A stretch of 21,276 bases of DNA, from the NCBI GenBank assembly GCA_038895675.1, contig JAWANB010000012.1, positions 1-21,276 on the forward strand. The letters run 5' to 3'. The stretch comes from Candidatus Iainarchaeum sp. Lineage in GTDB: Archaea; Iainarchaeota; Iainarchaeia; Iainarchaeales; Iainarchaeaceae. Under the pieces are notes generated by a model, which saw nothing but the letters and a program-made list of their open reading frames with translations, ran no database searches and was not told the DNA's origin. How positions within the stretch are numbered: the stretch's first letter is position 1; every line of letters starts with the position of its first letter. Positions 15,074-21,276 of this stretch are shown here, one piece after another. The translations under genes and the position numbers were made by a program.

Positions 15074-15982
15074 TCAGGCTACTACTTCTATATCAAGTTT
15101 TTTCTTTAATTCTCTATACCTATTTCTTATAGTTACTTCTGTCACGCCTGCAACATTAGCAACTTCTTTTTGGGTTCTTCTTTCGCCTTTCAAAAGGCCT
15201 GCTATGTAGACAGCAGCCGCGGCAACTCCAGTAGGGCCTCTGCCTGAAATCAAGCCTTTCTTTATCGCTTCTTCAAGTATTTTTCTACCTTCTTCTTGAA
15301 CTTCGCCAGAAAGGTTTAGTTCAGAGGCAAATCTTGGAATGTAATGTACTGGGTTGGTCAAAGGTATGTCCAACTTTAATTCTCTGACCAAAAAACGATA
15401 AGTCCTTCCAATCTCTTTTTTAGTAAGACCTGATGCTTCAGCCATTTCATTGAGAGTCCTAGGGACGTTATAGTTTCTACAAACAGTGTAAAGCACTGCG
15501 GCAACTACTGCCTCTATTAGTCTTCCTCTTATCAATCCTTTTTTCACAGTTTTCCTATAAAGCAAAGCAGCTGCTTCAACTAACTGTTCTGGGGTATTAA
15601 GGTAACTTGCTATTCTCCTTAACTCGGTCAAAGCTATAGAGAGATTTCTTTGCATTGAAGAACTTATAGAAGCTCTCTTGTGCCACTTTATTAGCCTATA
15701 CATTTGAGCTTTAGATTTTGTTGAAAGCTTGTTTCCTCTCAAGTCTGTTCCTCTACGATCAATCATTGTAACTAAGCCTTTGTTAAGTTTAACGTACTTC
15801 ATAGGAGAGCCAGTTCTGGCTCTTTCTTCTGCTTGATCAGAGTCAAAGCTTCTCCACTCTTTTCCAAAATCAACTTCGTCTTCAGAAATTATTAAACCAC
15901 AATCTTGGCAAATTATTTCTCCTTTTTCTTCATCTCGCTTAATTCTTTTACTATTACATTCTGGGCATTTGACTTCAACCAT
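15074..15982 (-). CDS. tfb: Transcription initiation factor IIB
   Basis: Zn ribbon CPEC..CQDC, EWRSFD...ARTG B-reader, two cyclin repeats (GLIRGR, GLISGRGP), VTEVTIRNRY; SD AGGAGTGA. Confidence 0.97.
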   Translation of the reverse strand: MVEVKCPECNSKRIKRDEEKGEIICQDCGLIISEDEVDFGKEWRSFDSDQAEERARTGSPMKYVKLNKGLVTMIDRRGTDLRGNKLSTKSKAQMYRLIKWHKRASISSSMQRNLSIALTELRRIASYLNTPEQLVEAAALLYRKTVKKGLIRGRLIEAVVAAVLYTVCRNYNVPRTLNEMAEASGLTKKEIGRTYRFLVRELKLDIPLTNPVHYIPRFASELNLSGEVQEEGRKILEEAIKKGLISGRGPTGVAAAAVYIAGLLKGERRTQKEVANVAGVTEVTIRNRYRELKKKLDIEVVA

Positions 15983-16055
15983 TTGAGATCACTCCTAAAA
16001 AGTAATGGGCTACTTACTGCAAAACATGAATAGGCAAGTAAAGACCATAGCGAAG

Positions 16056-16065
16056 TTATATAAAA
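16056..16065 (-). promoter_or_regulatory. Putative TATA box (TTTTATATAA) for tfb
   Basis: Strong TATA consensus about 75 nt upstream of the tfb ATG, implying a leader of about 50 nt that contains the SD. Confidence 0.5.
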
Positions 16066-16133
16066 GCTCCGCCTAACATTTTTAAATTTTGTGGTTTAAT
16101 TCCACTAAAATGCAAACAATTTTTTATAGTGTT

Positions 16134-16601
16134 TTAAGACGTTTTAGGCGTTTTGCTTTCTTTTTTTTGCTTTTTACCAGTTTTTTTTACTTCTTTTTCG
16201 TTTTCAAGCAAAAATCCGCTCAAACTGCCTGTTTGACCTGGTCTTGAGGCTACTTTGATTAAAACTTCTTTTTCGTTGGTTTTTGCTTTTACTATTGCCC
16301 CTTTCGTTATTATGTTTTGTCTTGCAAATTGTCTGTCAGCATTATTTTCTACAACAGTTATAAGTTCGCACTTGAGTTTTTTGCCAGTACTTTTATCAAC
16401 AGCATATATTGTTTTTGCTGCCTTTAGTTTTACTTTTTTTGTTCTTCCATAACCTTTGACTTTTTTTCTCTCTTCCTTTTTGTCAATAGTTGTTAATATT
16501 GGATCATTGCCTTTCCAAGCCAATCTTTTATCTGACCTATCAACGCTTCTATCAGTTCCGCCTGATTCTTTTCTTCTACTTTTCATGTGCCATTGTGTCA
16601 T
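16134..16601 (-). CDS. rps8e: 30S ribosomal protein S8e
   Basis: SRRKESGG, VVENNADRQFARQNIITKGAIV, SRPGQTG; GAGGT SD; Lys-rich C-terminal tail. Confidence 0.95.
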   Translation of the reverse strand: MTQWHMKSRRKESGGTDRSVDRSDKRLAWKGNDPILTTIDKKEERKKVKGYGRTKKVKLKAAKTIYAVDKSTGKKLKCELITVVENNADRQFARQNIITKGAIVKAKTNEKEVLIKVASRPGQTGSLSGFLLENEKEVKKTGKKQKKESKTPKTS

Positions 16602-16640
16602 AGTAAACCTCTTTTTAATTTTTTGAAGTAATAATTAAAA

Positions 16641-17078
16641 ATGCATCTCCTAAAGATAAAGAAAAAAGAGTTTTGCTTAATAGCTTGCAAAACCACTACT
16701 GATTCCTATGACACGACTATTAAAAAACTTACGTTAATGCAAAAAAAAGGCTTTATTCAACTTATTCCTCAAAAATTTTTGAAAAGCAAATGGCATGCGT
16801 TAATTGCCTTAGACCATGTCTTTTCTTTAAATCAAAAAATAGCTAAAAGTAAAAGCCTTGAGTTTCTCGCTAGAGTTTTAGGTACAAACCAATTAAGCAA
16901 AGCCTTGGAAAAAGTGGAAAAAGAGTTTTTTTTGGCAAAAGATTTTGTTTTAGTTTTTGACTCAAAAAAGTTTGAACTAAAAAAAATTTTGTCTAATCTT
17001 AACTTAGAAGAAACATACTTTAAAGAAGTTGAAGACATTATAGCAATTGAGAAAACAGCGTTGGTTGCACTGAAATAG
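16641..17078 (+). CDS. cgi121: KEOPS complex subunit Cgi121 (divergent)
   Basis: IQL, S.WHA..A, IAKSKSLEFL...GTNQLSKAL, and C-terminal IEKTAL. Confidence 0.75.
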   Translation: MHLLKIKKKEFCLIACKTTTDSYDTTIKKLTLMQKKGFIQLIPQKFLKSKWHALIALDHVFSLNQKIAKSKSLEFLARVLGTNQLSKALEKVEKEFFLAKDFVLVFDSKKFELKKILSNLNLEETYFKEVEDIIAIEKTALVALK

Positions 17079-17148
17079 CATTATTTCTTTATGATGAAGA
17101 TTTTTCAATTGTAAAGTATTAAATATTTCTTTGTTTGTGTTTATTTTC

Positions 17149-17574
17149 ATGATTTCAGAGTATGAAGTTTTGGGGAAGCTTTTTTTAGCAATATTATTTG
17201 GTGGCTTGGTTGGTTTGCAGAGAGAATTGGATGACCAATACGCTGGTTTGAGAACTCACATGCTTGTTTGTGCTGGCTCAACTCTTTTTACTTTGCTTTC
17301 TTTGGGTTTTCCTGACTCTGATCCTTCGCGAGTTGCTGCAGGAATAGTTACAGGAATAGGTTTTTTAGGTGCGGGCGCTATTTTTAAGGAAAAAGATAAA
17401 GTAGTTGGTTTAACTACTGCTGCTGACTTGTGGGTAATTGCTGCCATAGGCATGGCTGTTGGCATGGGTTATTATTTGGTTGCTGCTTTTTCAACTGCTC
17501 TAATTTTAGTCGTCTTAATTTTGAAAAAAATTTTTTTTCCTAATAAAAAAACAGGCAAAATACTTCATGTTTGA
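17149..17574 (+). CDS. mgtC: MgtC/SapB family membrane protein (TM domain only)
   Basis: GGLVGLQRE, AGLRTHMLV, DPSRVAAGIVTGIGFLGAGAI, GLTTAA.LW..AAIGMAVG. ATG 17149 with TATTAAATA at 17117-17125. Confidence 0.92.
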   Translation: MISEYEVLGKLFLAILFGGLVGLQRELDDQYAGLRTHMLVCAGSTLFTLLSLGFPDSDPSRVAAGIVTGIGFLGAGAIFKEKDKVVGLTTAADLWVIAAIGMAVGMGYYLVAAFSTALILVVLILKKIFFPNKKTGKILHV

Positions 17575-17732
17575 ATTTTGGCTTGTAAAAGTCATTTTTT
17601 ACTATTAATCTTTTTTGGCTTTGTATAACTCGTGCTTTTTAGGATTTATTTTTTTAAAGTCTTTTTTTGTTAGTTGCTATTATTTTTTTGGCATTTTAGG
17701 GAGTTTTTGTTTTTTATAATTTTCTTTTTCTT

Positions 17733-19991
17733 TTAGTCGTTCTTTTTTTCTTCGTAGTATGCGTTTATGAGTTCGTGAATTTTTTTTGCTTTTGTTGGTC
17801 CCATGTTTTCTACTTCTTGTAGTTCTTGTATTGTTGCTGACATTATTGCTCTTATTGTTCCGAATTTTTTTAGCAAGGCTTTTGCAAGGCTTGGTCCTAT
17901 CATTGGAAAACCTTCAAGAATGTATTGCTGTTGTTCTTGCAGAGTAAGTCCTTTTTTTCCTGTTCTCAACCTTATTTCTTTTTCTTCTCCTAATTGTTCT
18001 CTTTTCGCTATCAAAAAAATGTACTTTGCTGTTTCTTCAAAGCCTGAGGATTGTATTATTGGTATTCTATAGTTTAAGGCTATTGAAGACAAGGCTCCTC
18101 TTATAGAGTTTTCATGAAAGTTTCGTTCGGTGAATATTTCTTGGTAGTTTCCTTCCAAAATTATTAATGGTGCTGAGTAAGTTGAAGACATTAGGGCTAA
18201 TTGATTGAATAATCTTCCGTCAGCAAGAGAAGAGAGGAAGTCGCTAATTGTTTTTCTTTCTATTACTACGTCGTTGCTTAATACAAAGTCTCCAACTTCA
18301 AGTTGCTTTATTATTACTTTCATTCCATAGTTTTGTAGTTCTGGTATTATTCTTGAAGCTTGTTCTCTTGTATCAACATAAATAGTAATTTCTTTTGTTT
18401 CAAAGTCTGTTATTTTTGTTTGAGTGTTACTTATTTTTTGTGGTATAGCTTCTTGGTTTTGCAATTGTTTTAAGGTATTATACATGTTTTTTTCTTTTGC
18501 TATGCTTGCAAAGTAAAATGCTTCATCTCTCGTGTCTCTTGTTATTAATATAATTACTTTTCCTTCGCTTTTCCTTCCTGTTCTGCCTCTTCTTTGTATC
18601 ATTCTGATTTCTGATGGCACTGGTTCGTAAAATATTACTAACTCTACTTCTGGAATGTCAAGTCCTTCTTCTGCAACGCTAGATGCTAACAAGCAATTGT
18701 AATTGCCTTCTTTGAATTCTTTTATTATTTTAGCTTGTTCTTTTTGTGTCAAACCTTTATCTTCTCCTTTAGTGGCTTGGCCAACAAATCTTTTTACTTT
18801 TATTCCTTCTACTTTTGACAAGTGTTCTTCTAAAGCTATTATGTTATCTCTGTAATGATTGAAAACTATTATTCTGCTTTCTGGTTTTTCTTTTAATTGC
18901 TTGATTATTATTGATTTTGTTGCTTCTATTTTTGGGTGACTTATTTTTTCTTCAGCAGCTTTTTTTGCTAGTTCAAAGGCTTTTTTTATTCTTTCGTCGT
19001 TTGCTAATGACTTTAGGCTTTTTGTTGAGCTACGCTTATTTGATTCTGTGAATATTTTTTGAAAGTAAGAGACTAAAGTTTCTATGCCTTGTGTTTCAAG
19101 CAATTCTTCTGCGTGAGATATTTTTAGTAGAGACGCTAACTTCATTGAGGCGCCGTAAAGAGAAGGCATTTGTTTTCCTTTCAAAATTATTTCTCTTCTC
19201 ACTTGGCTTTGTAAAGCCAAAATGTCTTTTTTTGAGAAATACTTTTTTCCTATTCCTATTCCAATTTTTTTTAGTGATTCTAATTGCTCTTGTTGGAATT
19301 CTTTGAGTAATTTTTTTATTGTCAAAAACTTTTCAGGCAAAGATACTCTTACCCAACTTACTTTTATTTCGTTAACATATTCTTTCACGTCTTCGTCTTT
19401 TGCAGTCTTTATTTCCACGTTTTTTATGAATAGGTTTCTGCAAATGCTTTGTATTTTTTCTTGGTCTGAGCCAGGCGAAGCTGTTAGTGCTAGTATTAGT
19501 TGGTCTTTTGCTTGTTGAACATACTTTTCTGCTATGAAAACATAACTATAGTTGCCTATTGCTTTGTGGGCTTCATCAAATACTATCAAGCCAAAGTCGT
19601 TAAGTATTATGTCTCCTGAGTAAATGTCGTTTTGAATCGCTTGTGGAGTAGCACATACAATATTACATTTTTGAAACAAATCTTTTCTTTTTTCTTTTTG
19701 TATTACTCCTGTTATAGTGCAAATTTCTTCTTCATTTATGTTCAAAAACTTTTTGAAGGACTCTGCATGTTGTAAAACTAATGGTTTTGTTGGTGCTAAA
19801 AACAATATTTTTTTGCCTTTTTGCAAAATTTCTGCTGAAACGAGTATTGCTATTATGGTTTTTCCTAAAGCAGTTGGCGCTACTATTAAAGTGTTTCCTT
19901 TTTCAAGACATCTTGCTGCCAAAACTTCTTGGTATAACTTGGCTTCTATCGTGTTTGGTTTTATTTTTGTGTGTTCTATATACTTTGTCAT
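17733..19991 (-). CDS. hef: Hef: FANCM-like SF2 helicase fused to ERCC4/XPF nuclease and HhH
   Basis: APTALGKT, DEAH, LTASPG, EEGLDIP, QRRGRTGR; VDTRE, GDF, ERKTISD nuclease motif; C-terminal GP..A HhH pairs. Confidence 0.95.
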   Translation of the reverse strand: MTKYIEHTKIKPNTIEAKLYQEVLAARCLEKGNTLIVAPTALGKTIIAILVSAEILQKGKKILFLAPTKPLVLQHAESFKKFLNINEEEICTITGVIQKEKRKDLFQKCNIVCATPQAIQNDIYSGDIILNDFGLIVFDEAHKAIGNYSYVFIAEKYVQQAKDQLILALTASPGSDQEKIQSICRNLFIKNVEIKTAKDEDVKEYVNEIKVSWVRVSLPEKFLTIKKLLKEFQQEQLESLKKIGIGIGKKYFSKKDILALQSQVRREIILKGKQMPSLYGASMKLASLLKISHAEELLETQGIETLVSYFQKIFTESNKRSSTKSLKSLANDERIKKAFELAKKAAEEKISHPKIEATKSIIIKQLKEKPESRIIVFNHYRDNIIALEEHLSKVEGIKVKRFVGQATKGEDKGLTQKEQAKIIKEFKEGNYNCLLASSVAEEGLDIPEVELVIFYEPVPSEIRMIQRRGRTGRKSEGKVIILITRDTRDEAFYFASIAKEKNMYNTLKQLQNQEAIPQKISNTQTKITDFETKEITIYVDTREQASRIIPELQNYGMKVIIKQLEVGDFVLSNDVVIERKTISDFLSSLADGRLFNQLALMSSTYSAPLIILEGNYQEIFTERNFHENSIRGALSSIALNYRIPIIQSSGFEETAKYIFLIAKREQLGEEKEIRLRTGKKGLTLQEQQQYILEGFPMIGPSLAKALLKKFGTIRAIMSATIQELQEVENMGPTKAKKIHELINAYYEEKKND

Positions 19992-20054
19992 AAAATTGGT
20001 TTCTTAAAATTAGTTAATAAACCCAATCATAGGAATATTGCCATTGCATTTTTT

Positions 20055-21017
20055 TTATTTTCTTTCTTTTTTTATTTCTTGCAAAAGTCTTTCAGTAATG
20101 GCTTTCGAGTCCATTTTGTACTTTTCTAATAATTCTTTTGCATTTCCTGATTCTGCAAAAGAGTCTTTTAGTCCTAATCGTATTAGTTTTGTGTTCAACT
20201 TTTTTTCTGCTATTATTTCAGCAATGCTTCCACCCAAGCCTTGTACTACTCCGTCTTCTAAGCTTAGTATTATTCCTTTTTTTGCTTCTTTTTCTATTGC
20301 TTTTTCATCAATTGGTTTTAGCGAAGCACAATTTAGTACTGAAACACTATACCCTATTTTTTCTAAGTCTTCGCTTGCTTTTAGTGCTTCTGTTATAATT
20401 GGGCCACAAGAAATTATTGAAGCGTCTTTGCCTTCTTTCAACACTTCTGCTTTGCCAAACTTAAATTCAACTTTTTTTTCGTGAATTATTTCAGTTTTTT
20501 CTCTGCAAGTTCTCATGTATGTTGGTCCTTTTGTTTCGTACAATTCAAAAGTACATGCAATTGATTCGTAATAGTCTGACGGCGTGCAAACTTTAAATTT
20601 TGGCATGCATTTCATTATAGCTAAATCAAGTATTGATTGACCTGTGGGTCCGTCTTGGCCTGTCATTATCCCGCCATGGCTTCCTACAATCTTTACGTTT
20701 GTTTCTGAGTACGCTATACTCACTTTTATCTGATCTAATGCTCTGTTAATTAGAAAGCTTGCGAAAGAGCTTACAAAAGGAACTTTGTTGCACCTTGCAA
20801 GACCTGCTGCCATTGAAACCATGTCAGCTTCTGATATGCCAATATACCTGAACCTTTCTGGAAACTTTTTTCCAAAGACTATTGACTTTGTGCTTTTAGC
20901 CAAGTCAGCGTCAAGCACGACTATGTCTTCATGAATTTCCCCTAGCTTAGCTAATGCTTCTCCGTAAGCATCTCTCGTAGCAACCTTGTCTCCTTTTTTA
21001 TATTCGTTCATTTTCAA
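20055..21017 (-). CDS. Transketolase C-terminal subunit (pyrimidine-binding and C-terminal domains)
   Basis: ATRDAYGEAL, LDADLAKST, GISEADMV..AAGLA, GQDGPTGQ, LKPID, GLGGSIAE. Start is TTG 21017 or ATG 21011. Confidence 0.92.
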   Translation of the reverse strand: MKMNEYKKGDKVATRDAYGEALAKLGEIHEDIVVLDADLAKSTKSIVFGKKFPERFRYIGISEADMVSMAAGLARCNKVPFVSSFASFLINRALDQIKVSIAYSETNVKIVGSHGGIMTGQDGPTGQSILDLAIMKCMPKFKVCTPSDYYESIACTFELYETKGPTYMRTCREKTEIIHEKKVEFKFGKAEVLKEGKDASIISCGPIITEALKASEDLEKIGYSVSVLNCASLKPIDEKAIEKEAKKGIILSLEDGVVQGLGGSIAEIIAEKKLNTKLIRLGLKDSFAESGNAKELLEKYKMDSKAITERLLQEIKKERK

Positions 21018-21276
21018 GCTCCTTTATTGCTCTTTCGTACTCTTCCTTGTTCAAAGCTTTTCCGTGCCATTCCGGGCTATTTTCTATAAAGCTCACGCCT
21101 TTGCCTTTTATTGTCTTTGCTATTAAAGCAGTAGGCTCTTTGTCATTTTTAGCTTTCTCGAGTTTTTCAACTAAGTCTTTTACATCATGGCCATTGCATT
21201 CTAAGACTTTCCAATTAAAAGCCTTAAATTTTTCAACCAAAGGCTCTGGGTCTTTCGTGTCTTTGACAAAGCCATC
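20998..21276 (-). CDS. Transketolase N-terminal (ThDP-binding) subunit, 5' part outside the window
   Basis: Frame is open to the window edge: ...DGFVKDTKDPEPLVEKFKAFNW...NGHD...TIKGKGVSFIE...WHGKA. Confidence 0.9.
   Translation of the reverse strand, partial: DGFVKDTKDPEPLVEKFKAFNWKVLECNGHDVKDLVEKLEKAKNDKEPTALIAKTIKGKGVSFIENSPEWHGKALNKEEYERAIKELENERI

Noticed and set aside
16087..16111. Weak hairpin ATTTTGTGG/CCACTAAAAT downstream of rps8e as an ncRNA
   Set aside because: Short, bulged and AT-rich; not distinguishable from chance or a simple 3' end structure.
17149..17574. MgtC truncated or a virulence factor
   Set aside because: Short TM-only MgtC/SapB proteins are common in non-pathogens, and the ORF ends cleanly with a basic tail.
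17575..17732. Possible small gene between mgtC and hef
   Set aside because: The minus-strand ATG at 17694 gives only MPKK-stop; the region is T-rich spacer between convergent genes.
20055..21276. Split transketolase as a pseudogene or frameshift
   Set aside because: Two-gene transketolases are normal in archaea and many bacteria, and both visible parts look intact.

Overview
AT-rich archaeal chromosomal segment. An HMf-type histone, TFB, rpS8e, Cgi121, Hef, archaeal-type Cmk, GGTGA/GGAGG Shine-Dalgarno sites and intron-containing tRNAs establish it as archaeal. Compactness, split transketolase and CPDGS-repeat surface proteins suggest a DPANN lineage such as Iainarchaeota/Diapherotrites (inference). 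Left to right: truncated Wzx-type flippase and GT4 glycosyltransferase; small membrane protein; Cys-rich lipoprotein; tRNA-Leu(CAA) with a 28-nt intron; YbhB/PEBP protein; tRNA-Ser(GCT) with an unusually long (156 nt), repeat-built, self-complementary intron; a four-gene minimal T4SS-like module (VirB2-like pilin, VirB6-like membrane protein, PrgI-like protein, VirB4 ATPase) with no relaxase, coupling protein or integrase in the window; Dus; an unannotated 32-aa cationic peptide ORF; VIT1; thioredoxin-fold protein; histone; MsrQ-like protein; photolyase; single-domain KaiC-like ATPase; Cmk; TFB; rpS8e; Cgi121; MgtC; Hef; split transketolase. The best candidates for undescribed biology are the tRNA-Ser intron, the minimal pilin/VirB6/PrgI/VirB4 module and the cationic micropeptide. 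All product calls come from motif recognition by eye; no database searches were run.
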